Made by a program: the position numbers and the translations under genes
Notes under the pieces: model-generated
What the model saw: only the letters and a program-made list of their open reading frames with translations
Told to the model about the DNA's origin: nothing
The model's database searches: none
Shown here: one piece after another, positions 40,091 through 51,784 of the stretch
Layout of the letters: every line of letters starts with the position of its first letter
How positions within the stretch are numbered: the first letter of the stretch is position 1
DNA from: Scyliorhinus canicula
Lineage: Eukaryota
DNA: 64,000 bases
Assembly: GCF_902713615.1 (NCBI RefSeq)
Contig: NC_052165.1
Coordinates: 4,188,784-4,252,783 of the forward strand
Direction of reading: 5' to 3'

Positions 40091-40859
40091 CCTGCACTGG
40101 CCTGGCCCAGTCTGTCCTGCACTGGCCCAGTCTGTCCTGCACTGGCCCAGTCTGTCCTGCACTGGCCCAGTCTGTCCTGCACTGGACTGGCCCAGTCTGT
40201 CCTACACTGGCCCAGTCTGCCCTGCACTGGCCCAGTCTGTCCTGCACTGGCCCAATCTGTCCTCCACTGGCCCAGTCTGTCCTGCACTGGCTCAGTCTGT
40301 CCTGCACTGGCCCAGTCTGTCCTGCACTGGCCCAGTCTGTTCTGCACTGGCACAGTCTGTCCTGCACTGGTCCAGTCTGTCCTGCACTGGCCTGGCCCAG
40401 TCTGTCCTGCACTGGCCCAGTCTGTGCTGCACCGGCCCAGTCTGTCCTGCACTGGCCCAGTCTGTCCTGCTCTGCACTGGCCCAGTCTGTCCTGCACTGG
40501 CCCAGTCTGTCCTGCACTGGCCCAGTCTGTCCTGCACTGGCCCAGTCTGTCCTGCACTGGCCCAGTCTGTTCTGCACTGGCCCAGTCTGTCCTGCACTGG
40601 CCCAGTCTGTCCTACACTGGCCCAGTCTGTCCTGCACTGGCCCAGTCTGTCCTGCACTGGCCCAGTCTGTCCTACACTGGCCCAGTCTGTCCTGCACTGG
40701 CCCAGTCTGTCCTGCACTGGCCCAGTCTGTCCTGCACTGGCCCAGTCTGTTCTGCACTGGCCCAGTCTGTCCTGCACTGGCCCAGTCTGTCCTACACTGG
40801 CCCAGTCTGCCCTGCACTGGCCCAGTGTGTCCTGCACTGGCCCAGTCTATCCTGCACTG
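40091..40859. repeat. Minisatellite, 20-bp unit CCTGCACTGGCCCAGTCTGT
   Basis: About 38 direct tandem units with a few 5-bp insertions. Confidence 0.97.
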
Positions 40860-41255
40860 TCAGTGCAAACCACTGCACCACCGTGCTGCCGAATACTGAC
40901 CATCTTTACCTCCAAATTCATACGTCACAATATTGACCATCTTTAACTTCGTTCTGGCAAGACGTAATCCTGGATTTCAATTCAGCTATTATTCATACAG
41001 GCGTGCTTTTACAAGTTAAAAAGCACTAAAAGACTTCCGGTTGCGGCTATGACCAGCTAAGTCGCACGTTTGGCTGCTCCTGCTACAAAGGTGTTTTCGG
41101 GCCGATTGGAGGGCCCCAACGGCGCTGTAAGGACAAATCCCGGTGGGGGAAGGCTCCCTGAAGAGAACCAGACCAACTTTATGGTCGGTACCCGGAGTGG
41201 GGTGGTAAAGAAAGCAACAGCAGCTCCCAAAAAAAGGCGGGGGAAGAAGACCAAA

Positions 41256-42026
41256 ATGGCGGCCGGTGGTGCACCCGAGGAATGGAGGAAATGGGCGGAG
41301 GAGCAGCAGGCCGCTCTCCTGCGCTTCTTTACGGAGCTGAAAATGGAGCTCTTGGAGTCAATGAATGCGACGACCACCAGGCTGATGGGAGCCCAGGCGA
41401 CCCAAGAGGCGTCGATTCGGGAGCTGCAACAGGAGATGACTGCGAGGGAGGAGGAGGCCACGGTCCTCGTGGGAAAAGTAGAGGTGCACGAGGCACTCCA
41501 CCTGAAATGGCAGAGCCGTTTTGAGGAGCTGGATACCCGAATGAGGCGGAAGAACCTGAGGATCTTGGGCCTGGCAGAAGGCCTGGAGGGGTCAGACCTC
41601 CCGGGATATGTAGCAGAAATGCTGAGCTCCCTGATGGGGGCAGGGGCCGTCCCTTCGCCCCTGGAGCTGGAAGAGGCCTACAGGGTCATGGCTAGGAGGC
41701 CAAGAGCAAATGAGCCCCCGAGGGCGGTGCTGGTGCGGTTCCAGCGACTCAGCGACCGTGAGAGAGTGCTGGAGTGGGCCAAGAGGGAAAGGAGCAGCAA
41801 GTGGGAGAATTCGACGGTGAGGGTCTACCAGGACTGGAGTGCGGAGGTGGCAAAGCGGCGGGCCCGGTACAACCGGACGAAGGCGGTGCTACATGCAAAA
41901 CGGATCAGGTTCGGAATGCTGCAGCCAGCGCGCTTGTGGGTCACCTACAGGAACCAACACCACTATTTTGAGTCCCCAGAGGAGGCGTGGGCCTTTGTAC
42001 AGGAAGAGAAACTGGACTCGAATTAG
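41256..42026 (+). CDS. L1 ORF1p (coiled coil, RRM, CTD); start could be the ATG at 41181
   Basis: RRKNLRILGLAEG, PRAVLVRF, VYQDWS, FGMLQPARLWV motifs; uninterrupted. Confidence 0.85.
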   Translation: MAAGGAPEEWRKWAEEQQAALLRFFTELKMELLESMNATTTRLMGAQATQEASIRELQQEMTAREEEATVLVGKVEVHEALHLKWQSRFEELDTRMRRKNLRILGLAEGLEGSDLPGYVAEMLSSLMGAGAVPSPLELEEAYRVMARRPRANEPPRAVLVRFQRLSDRERVLEWAKRERSSKWENSTVRVYQDWSAEVAKRRARYNRTKAVLHAKRIRFGMLQPARLWVTYRNQHHYFESPEEAWAFVQEEKLDSN

Positions 42027-42802
42027 ACCCAGGGGATACTTGGCGGCCGTAGCCGCTCGGGTACTTTCAGCTGAATTCTTGTTTGGATTTTGAACTCTTG
42101 CTGTGGTTTTTCTTCTGATGTTTTTTCCCCCCTTTGCCAACTTCCCTTAGTTATTGTTATTGTGGTTATTCATGGTTATTTATGGTTATTTATGCTGTTT
42201 GGTAGAGGGCGACTGTTAAGTACAATGTTATTTGTTATTTATCTGTTATTTATAATGTTAAGTTGGGGAGGCGGGACGGGGGGGGAGAGCAGATCGGGGA
42301 TATGGGCTCCTAGGGGGGGTTCTTTACAGGCATGGACGGGGACGGGGGTGGAACTGAAGATGGCGGGGTGGGGTGTGGCAGGGCGAAAGCGCGGGCTTTC
42401 CTCTGTTTTCCCGCGCGCGGGGCAGAGGAGGGGGGAGGGGAGGAGTGCGGGGCGTGGCTAGCAATGGCGACTTTTCCCGCGCTGGAGCGGGGCCAGGGAG
42501 GAGTGGCAAGGGGGGGGGAGGCCCCCCCCCGAGCCGGGGGGAGTCGGAGTGTGGCAGGAGCAGCCGGGTCAGCATGAACCAGCTGACTTACGGGAGTACG
42601 ATGGAGGGTACATCGCGGCTAGGAGGGGTCCTAGCCTGGGGGGGGGGGGGGGGGGGGGGGGGGGTTAGGGAGGGACACCGGGTTGCTGCTGAAAAGACCA
42701 GAAACGGGAAGTGGAGGACGGGGGAGGGGGGGGGAGGGGGACATCGCCATGGGGAGCGGGTCAGAAGGGGAGGGTCGACCCGGGGCGAGCAGGGAACAGG
42801 AC

Positions 42803-45800
42803 ATGGCTAATCGGCAGGGGAAGGGGGCGGGTCGTCCCGCGACCCGGCTGATCACTTGGAACGTGAGGGGGCTGAATGGGCCGGTCAAGAGATCAAGGGT
42901 ATTCTCACACCTGAAGGGACTGAAGGCTGATGTAGCAATGTTACAGGAGACCCATTTGAAGGTAGTGGACCAGGTTCGCCTGAGAAGGGGGTGGGTGGGA
43001 CAGGTGTTCCACTCTGGATTGGACGCAAAGAACCGGGGGGGTGGCGATTCTGGTGGGAAAGAGGGTGTCGTTCGTGGCGGAGGAGGTGGTGGCGGATAAG
43101 GAGGGTAGGTATGTGATGGTGAAGGGTAAGCTGCAGGGGGAGAAAGTGGTGATGGTCAACGTATATGCCCCGAACTGGGATGACGCGGGTTTTATGAGGC
43201 GCCTATTGGGCCTCATTCCGGGACTGGAGGCAGGGGGCTTGATCATGGGGGGGGACTTTAACACAGTGCTGGACCCCGGGCTAGACAGATCGAGCTCAAG
43301 GACCAATAGGAGGCCGGCAGCGGCAGAAGTGCTGAGGGGGTACATGGAGCAGATGGGAGGAGTAGACCCATGGAGGTTTGGTAGGCCGAGGGCGAGGGAG
43401 TATTCCTTTTTCTCCCACGTCCATAGAGTGTACTCCAGAATCGATTCTTCTTGTGTGAGCAGGGGGCTGATCCCGAGGGTACGGGAAGCTGAGTACTCGG
43501 CCATTGCGATCTCTGATCATGCACCACATTGGGTGGATGTGGAAATGGGGGAGGCGCGGGACCAGCGCCCGCTGTGGCGGCTGGATGTGGGGCTGTTAGC
43601 GGACGACGAGGTGTGTAAAAGGGTCCGAAAGAGCATTGAGAGCTATCTGGACTTGAATGACACGGGTGAGGTGCAGGTGGGGATGGTCTGGGAGGCCCTG
43701 AAGGCAGTGATCAGGGGAGAGCTGATCTCCATAAGGGCGCACAGAGAAAGAAAGGAGAGACAGGAGAGGGAGAGGCTGGTGGGGGAGCTATTGGAAGTGG
43801 ATAGGAGATATGCGGAGGCACCAGAGGAGGGGCTGCTGGGAGAACGGCCCAGCCTGCAGGTCAAGTTCGACCTGCTGACCACCAGGAAGGCAGAGACGCA
43901 GTGGAGAAGGGCACAGGGCGCGGTCTATGAGTATGGGGAAAAGGCGAGCAGGATGCTGGCACACCAGCTTCGCAAACGAGATGCGGCTAGGGAGATTGGG
44001 GGAGTGAAGGAGAGGGGCGGGAAGGTAGTGCAGAAGGGGCAAGAAGTGAACGGGGTCTTCAGGGATTTTTACAAGGAGTTGTATCGGTCTGAGCCGCCGA
44101 CGAGGAGAGGGGAAATGGAGGACTTCCTAAACAAATTGAGGTTCCCAAGGGTCCAGGAGGGGCTGGTAGAAGGGCTGGGGGCGCCAATAGGGCTAGAGGA
44201 GCTAGTCAAGGGAATAGGTCAGATGCAAGCGGGGAAGGCGCCAGGGCCAGATGGGTTCCCGGTGGAATTCTATAAGAAAAATGTGGACTTGGTGGGACCG
44301 GTACTGGTACGAGCCTTTAATGAGGCGCGAGAGGGGGGGGTTCTGCCCCCGACAATGTCGCAGGCTCTGATCTCCCTGATATTGAAGCGGGATAAAGACC
44401 CCGTGCAGTGCGGGTCCTACAGGCCTATCTCGCTTCTGAACGTGGATGCCAAGTTGCTGGCAAAGATCCTGGCAGCTAGAATAGAGGATTGTGTGCCAGG
44501 GGTAATCCATGAGGACCAGACGGGGTTCGTGAAGGGGCGGCAGCTCAACACGAACGTGCGGAGATTGCTGAATGTAATTACGATGCCGGCGGTGGAGGGG
44601 GAGGCTGAGATAGTGGTAGCGCTGGACGCGGAGAAGGCATTCGATAGGGTGGAGTGGGAGTACCTGTGGGAGACGTTGGAACGGTTTGGGTTTGGGGAAG
44701 GGTTTATTAAGTGGGTGAAGTTGCTCTACTCGGCCCCGACGGCGAGTGTAGTGACAAACGGGAGGAGGTCGGAGTATTTTGGGCTCCACCGAGGGACCAG
44801 GCAGGGATGTCCCCTATCCCCCCTACTTTTCGCACTGGCGATTGAACCGTTGGCGATGGCACTGAGGGGTTCAGGGGGGGGGGAGAGGACTGACTAGGGG
44901 AGGGGAGGAACATCGAGTATCGCTGTATGCGGATGATCTACTGCTGTACGTAGCAGACCCAGAAGGGGGAATGCCGGAGATAATGGAACTATTAGCAGAG
45001 TTTGGGGACTTTTCGGGGTACAAACTAAATTTGGGCAAAAGCGAGGTTTTTGTGATACACCCGGGGGACCAGGGAGAGGGTATTGGGAGTCTCCCCTTCA
45101 AGCGAGCAGGAAAGAGCTTTAGGTACTTAGGGGTGCAGGTGGCAAGGAACTGGGGGACCCTCCACAAGTTGAACTTTTCCAGGCTGGTGGAACAGATGGA
45201 GGAGGAATTTAAGAGGTGGGACATGGTACCGTTGTCGCTGGCGGGGAGGGTGCAGTCAATCAAAATGACGGTCCTCCCAAGGTTCTTGTTTTTATTTCAG
45301 TGCTTGCCCATCTTCCTCCCTAGGGCCTTCTTCAAAAAGGTGACGAGTAGCATCATGAGCTACGTGTGGGCGCATGGCACCCCAAGGGTGAGGAGGGTCT
45401 TTTTGGAGCGGAGTAGGGACAGTGGAGGGCTGGCACTACCCAATCTTTCGGGGTACTACTGGGCGGCAAATGTGTCAATGGTGCGCAAGTGGATGATGGA
45501 AGGGGAGGGGGCAGCTTGGAAACGAATGGAGAGGGCGTCCTGTGGCAACACAAGCCTGGGGGCCCTAGTAACGGCACCATGGCCGCTCCCCCCCACGAGG
45601 TACACCACGAGCCCGGTGGTGGCGGCCACCCTCAAGATATGGGGGCAGTGGAGGCGACATAGGGGGGAAATGGGAGGAGGAAATTGGGAGGAAATTGGCG
45701 GCGCCAATAAGAGGGAACCATAGATTCATCCCGGGGAACATCGACGGGGGATTTCAGAGCTGGTACAGGGTGGGCATACGGCAGCTGAAGGACCTGTTTA

Positions 45801-46612
45801 TAGAGGGGAGGTTTGCGAGCCTGGGAGGGCTGGAGGAGAAGTTTGAGCTCCCCCCGGGAAACATGTTCAGATATTTACAAGTGAAGGCATTTGCTAGGCG
45901 GCAGGTGGAGGGGTTTCCCCTGCTCCCCAGTAAGGGGGCGAGTGATAGGGTGCTCTCGGGGGTCTGGGTCGGAGGGGGGAAGATATCAGACATCTACAAG
46001 ATAATGCAGGAGGCGGAAGAAGCATCAGGGGAGGAGCTGAAAGCCAAGTGGGAAGGGGAGCTGGGAGAGCAGATAGAAGACGGGACGTGGGCGGATGCAC
46101 TGGAGAAGGTCAATTCTTCCTCCTCGTGTGCGAGGCTGAGCCTCATTCAATTTAAGGTGCTGCATAGAGCTCACATGACGGGGACAAGGATGAGCCGGTT
46201 CTTTGGGGGTGAGGACAGGTGTGCCAGATGTCTGGGAAGCCCAGCGAACCATGTGCATATGTTCTGGGCATGTCCGGTGCTGGAAGGGTTCTGGAAGGGG
46301 GTGGCAAGGACGGTGTCGAAGGTGGTGGGGTCCAGGGTCAAACCAGGATGGGGGCTTGCGATCTTTGGGGTCGGGGTAGAACCGGGGGTACAGGAGGCTA
46401 GGGAGGCCGGAATACTGGCCTTTGCGTCCCTAGTGGCTCGACGAAGGATATTAATTCAATGGAAGGACGCGAGGCCTCCAAGCGTTGAAACTTGGATTAA
46501 CGATATGGCTAGCTATATTCAGCTAGAAAGGATCAAATTCGCCCTGAGAGGGTCGGTACATGGATTCTCCAGGCGGTGGCAACCTTTCCTTGATTTTTTA
46601 GATCAGAGATAG
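42803..46612 (+). pseudogene. L1 ORF2p (APE endonuclease, RT, CCHC) with three frameshifts
   Basis: Contiguous pieces 42803-43040, 43041-44880, 44885-45690 and 45695-46612; shifts at G-runs near 43035 and 44875 and at a short duplication near 45675. Confidence 0.85.
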
Positions 46613-47119
46613 ACGTTCGGGGTCGTGGCAGCGGCAGCCCGGGGGGGGGGGGGGGGGGGGGAGGGGGGGGGGGGGAGGGGAGGGGGGGGAGGGGAGGGGG
46701 GGGGCAGCAAGGGTCGTGGGGGGACATGCACGACTGTAACGCGGGCAAGTCTGCTCGCTGCTCATGTCTGAAACTGTAGGCTGCCTTGTTTGTTAAAGTT
46801 GCCTGGGGGGGGGGGGGGGAGGACTGGTGCGCGCGAGAGGGCGGGCGAGGGAGGGACATTTGCCTAGAGGGATTGTGTTGTAAATAATTTAAAAATTAGT
46901 AGGGATAAATGTTTGTATGGAAAAACTCTTTCAATAAAAATTATTTAAAAAAAAAAGCACTAAAACAATTATCACTTTGTGTATTTTTGTGGCTTGCGCC
47001 TTTGCGCTCTGTAGGGACAGAGTGGGGTCAGGAGGAGCAGATATCATGGGGGCGGGGCCACAAAGTGTAAATCCGGATTTGCACCGCTGCCTATTTCTAT
47101 ACTCGCACCAAGTTCTGTT

Positions 47120-50100
47120 TATGGTGGTATGAATGTGAGCACTGCCATTGGTGCAGAGCATTGGTTCCCCATTGGCTCTGGCTGGTCATGTGCCTCTCGT
47201 CCAATTGGCGGGGACTTGTCATGTGACTGCTCACCAATTGGTCGAGAGGCAAGTAGACCCCGCCTCCGAGGCGGGGTATAAGTACCCAGGTTTCCCGGCG
47301 GTCGGCATTTCTCTGTAGTCGACCACCGGCTAACAACTAGCTGATTAAAGCCACAGTTTGGGTCTTCATCGTGTCTTGAGTCGAATTGATGGTACATCAA
47401 TTTAAACAGCTAGAATTTTGGAATGGAGCTTCGCATCAAGCCTGACTGCCTCCGTACCAGCCCGCATGTTGCAAATGCGTCTGCAATCTTTAAACACTGG
47501 CAGGCGTGTTTTAATAGGTACCTGACGACTGCAGCCAGCAAGCCCACCAAGGGGCAGAAACTCCACATCCTCCACTCATGCGTGGGCACAGCGGTATATT
47601 CAATGATTGAGGACGAAAGCGATTTTGATGCCGCCATGGAGATTCTCAAAGGATACTTTCTCCGGCTGGTGAACGAAGTATACGCACGGCATCTCCTGAT
47701 GACTAGACAACAGTTCCCTGGTGAGTCCCTCGACGAGTTTTACCAGGCCCTCTCAGCTCTAGGGAGAACGTGCGCCTGTCTCCAAGTTTCGGCGACGGAG
47801 CACATGGAACTTTTAATTAGAGACGCTTACGTTGCTGGCATGCAGTCCCCTTCTATCCGCCAATGATTGCTGGAGAAGAACACCCTCAACCTAGCTTGCA
47901 ACCTCCCTGGAGGTTGCTGACCTGAACGCCCCGCGCATACGCCCTCGGCCGCGCAGCAACTCCCTGGACTTCATGGCACGCGCCACCCCCGTCCTCCGTG
48001 GACCCTGACTCCCCCCCCCAGGCCTGCGCTGCGGGTCGCTCTGATAAGCTATTGGGGCCCCGCTGTTATTTTTGTGGCCTCTCAAAGCACCCCCGCCCAC
48101 GCTGCGCGGCCCGCTCCGCTCTGTGTAAGAGCTGCAGGAAGAAGGGCCACTAAGCGGTGGTTTGCCAGACCAGGTCGGTCGCTGCTGTTCCGCGCAGTGA
48201 CCGCAGATCTCCCCCCCCCCGGGCCCCCCTAGGGCCCAGCACCATGCACCAACCTCTCCGGCCCGCCTCAACGGCCCTACGGTCCTCCCGACCCCCGCTC
48301 CCAGCTGCCCGACCAGCCCGCAGACGCCGCTGACACTGCCCCCAGCCGCCACGAGGTTCCCACGGGCGCCGCCATCTTGGGCCCCGGACGCCATGTGCGG
48401 GTCCTGGGCGCTGCCATCTTGGGCCAACAGGAAGGCCCTGCCAGCGATTACTCTGCCACCGAGGAGGATCTGGAACTCTCGCCACGACTTGCTTCCATCA
48501 AACTCGACCAGTCGCAACCACGCACGCTCGCCAAGACTACGACAACGATCCAGCTCAACGGACACAAAACGAGATGCCTGCTGGACTCCGGGAGCACGGA
48601 AAGTTTCGTCCACCCCGACACGGTAAGACGCTGCGCGCTCCCCATCCATCCAGTTAAGCATAAGATTGAATTGGCCTCGGGTTCGCACTCCGTCCAAATC
48701 ACCGGGTGCTGCATAGCGGACCTCACAGTCCAGGGGAGGGTTTTCAAAAACTTCAAATTTCTCATTCTTCCCCGTCTATGCGCTCCGGCACTCTAGGGCC
48801 TGGATTTCCAGTGCAACCTGCAGAGCTTGACCTTCCAATTCGGCGGCCCTATTCCCCCCCTTACTGTCTGCAGCCTCGCGTCCCTCAAAGTGGACCCACT
48901 TTCCTTGTTTGCTAATCTCACCCCAGATTGTAAACCTGTCGCCACTTGGAGCAGACGATACAGCGCCCAGGACCGGACCTTCGTCGGGTCCGAGGTCCAG
49001 AGGCTCCTTAAGGAAGGAGTGATCGAGGTCAGCAACAGTCCCTGGCGAGCCCAAGTGCTGGTAGTTCGGACTGGGGAGAAAAACCGGATGGTCATTGATT
49101 ACAGTCAGACCATCAACAGGTTTACGCAGCTGGACACGTATCCTCTCCCCCGTATTTCCCACCTGGTTAACAGGATCGCAAAATACAAAGTTTTTTCCAT
49201 GGTGGACCTTAAGTCCGCCTACCACCAGCTTCCCATCCGCGCAAGTGACCGAAAGTACACCGCGTTTGAGGCAGATGGGCGCCTCTACCACTTCCTCAGG
49301 GTTCCATTCGGTGTCACAAATGGAGTCTCGGTCTTCCAACGGGAGATGGACCGAATGGTCGACAAGCACGGTTTACGGGCCACCTTCCCGTATCTCGATA
49401 ACGTCACCATCTGCGGCCATGACCAGCAGGACCACGACATCAACCTCCAAAAATTCCTCTGAACCGCAAAACTCCTTAATTTAACTTACAATAAGGATAA
49501 GTGCGTGTTTAGCACCGACCGTCTAGCCATCCTTGGCTACGTAGTGCGTAACAGAGTGATAGGCCCCGATCCCGAACGCATGCGCCCCCTGATGGAACTT
49601 CCCCTCCCCAACTCCCTCAAATCCCTTAAAAGCTGCCTGGGCTGCTTCTCCTATTACGCCCAGTGGGTCCCCAACTACGCCGACAAAGCCGGCCCCCTCA
49701 TCCAGTCCACCTCCTTTCCCCTGTCGATGGAGGCCTGCCAGGCCTTTAGCCGCATCAAAGCGGATATCGCAAAGGCCACGATGCGCGCTATCGACGAGTC
49801 CCTCCCAATCCAGGTCGAGAGCGACGCGTCTGACATAGCTCTGGCGGCCACCCTGAACCAAGCGGGCAGACCCGTGGCCTTCTTCTCACGAACCCTCCAC
49901 GCTTCCGAAATCCGCCATTCCTCGGTGGAAAAGGAGGCACAGGCCATAGTTGAAGCTGTGCGATATTGGAGGCACTATCTGGCCGGCAGGAAGTTTACCC
50001 TCCTCACAGACCAACGGTCAGTAGCCTTCATGTTCGATAATGCACAAAGGGGCAAGATCAAGAACAACAAGTAGTTGTCCACGCACAACTACGATATCTT

Positions 50101-51784
50101 GTATCGTCCTGGGAAGCTCAACGAGCCTCCCGATGCCCTATCCCGTGGTACCTGTGCCAGAGCGCAGATTGACCACCTCCGCTCCCTCCACACGGACCTC
50201 TGCCATCCAGGGATCACCCGTTTTTACCATTTTATTAAGACCCGCCAGCTGCCCTACTCCGTTGAGGAGGTCAGGACCGTCACCAGGGACTGCCACGTCT
50301 GCGCCGAGTGCAAACTGCACTTCTACCGCCCCGAACGAGCGCATCTGATCAAGGCATCCCGCCCCTTTGAACGTCTCAGTATAGACTTCAAGGGTCCCGT
50401 CCCCTCCAACAACAGTAACACATATTTCTTGAGTGTTATCGATGAATACTCCCACTTCCCTTTCATCATTCCCTGTCCCGACATGACCACAAAAACCGTC
50501 ATAAAGGCCCTCCTATCCATCTTCTCCCTGTTCGGTTACCCCGCGTACATCCACAGCGACCGGGGGTCCTCCTTTATGAGTGACGAACTGCGTCAATTTC
50601 TGCTCAGCAGGGGCATAGCCTCTAGCAGGACGACCAGCTATAACCCCCGGGGTAACGGTCAGGTCGAGCGGGAGAATGGCACCATCTGGAAGACCATCCT
50701 GCTGGCCCTACGGTCCAGAGATCTCCCCATTGCCCGTTGGCAAGAGGTCATCCCCGACGCCCTTCACTCAATCCGGTCTCTCCTCTGTACTACCACTAAT
50801 CAAACACTTCATGAACATCTTCTCATTTTCCCCAGGAAGTCGTCCTCAGGATCCCCTCTCCCGACCTGGCTGGCCACTCCCGGGCCCATCCTGCTCCGGA
50901 AGCATGTGCGGGTGCACAAGTCTGACCCGTTGGTTGAGCGAGTCCAGTTACTCCACGCCAACCCGCAGTATGCGTACCTGGAGTATCCTGACGGTCGGCA
51001 GGATACGGTCTCGCTCCGGGACCTGGCACCCGCCGGCGTGCGGCCTCCCCCCCCTACATTAACACCTCCCCCCCAACACCAATTCCCCCCAGCGCACCCC
51101 GCGCCCCCACGAACCAGCGCACATGCCCCCTCTCCCCCGATTACAGCCTCTCCACCACCGGCCCGGGGTACGGAGACACATCTACGACCGACGCTCCCGG
51201 AGGCAAGGACGACCATCGGCCCGACGTCACCGGCTCCACTGCGACGGTCCTCCAGAACACCACGGGCACCCGACAGGCTGATCGTCTCCCTCTGATGCAA
51301 CCATGGGACATTTTTTTGGACTTTGTTGTTATTCTGTTGCACCTTAAGTTAGTAGTAGTATTTTTTTTTGTTGCCACGAGCCAGTGGGCAGCCCACCTTT
51401 CTCGACTTTCGCTGCTCATACCACCAGTCCTCGGACCCCCCCCCCCCCCCACCCCCTCTTCCACTTACACCCCCCCCCGCTTTCTTTCTCCACAAGGGGT
51501 AAATGTGGTCGTACGAATGTGAGCACTGTCATTGGTGCAGAGCATTGGTTCCCCATTGGCTCTGGATGGTCATGTGCCTCTCGTCCGATTGGCTGGGACT
51601 AGTCCTGTGACTGCTCACCAATTGGTCAAGAGGCAAGTAGACCCCGCTTCCGAGGCGGGGTATAAGTACCCAGGTTTCCCAGCGGTCGGCCTTTCTCTGT
51701 AGTCGACCACCGGGCTAACAACTGGCTGATTAAAGCCACAGTTTGGATCTTCATCGTGTCTCGAGTCCAATTGATGGTACATCA
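47120..51784 (+). mobile_element. Full-length degenerate Ty3/Gypsy LTR retrotransposon
   Basis: LTRs 47120-47399 and 51504-51784 (about 6% different by eye), TSD CTGTT (47115-47119 and 51785-51789), purine tract ACAAGGGGTAAA before the 3' LTR, gag-PR-RT-RH-IN order. Confidence 0.95.
47423..51295 (+). pseudogene. Gypsy gag-pol with stops and frameshifts
   Basis: gag from 47423 with Cys/His knuckles CYFC..H..C and CKSC..GH..C (about 48063-48165); protease LLDSG; RT DLKSAYHQ..PFG..YLDN; RNase H DAS..EKEA..TDQ; integrase H-H-C-C and D,D,E (50075-51295). Confidence 0.88.

Larger units (their letters stand above)
41032..46951 (+). mobile_element. Full-length L1-clade LINE (5' UTR, ORF1, spacer, ORF2, 3' UTR, A-tail)
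   Basis: Starts GACTTCCGG; TSD AAAAAGCACTAAAA at 41018-41031 and 46952-46965 at a TT|AAAA site; AATAAA 46933. Confidence 0.95.

Noticed and set aside
39862-40946. Cys/Gln-rich repeat proteins on both strands
   Set aside because: Translation of a stop-free 20-bp minisatellite.
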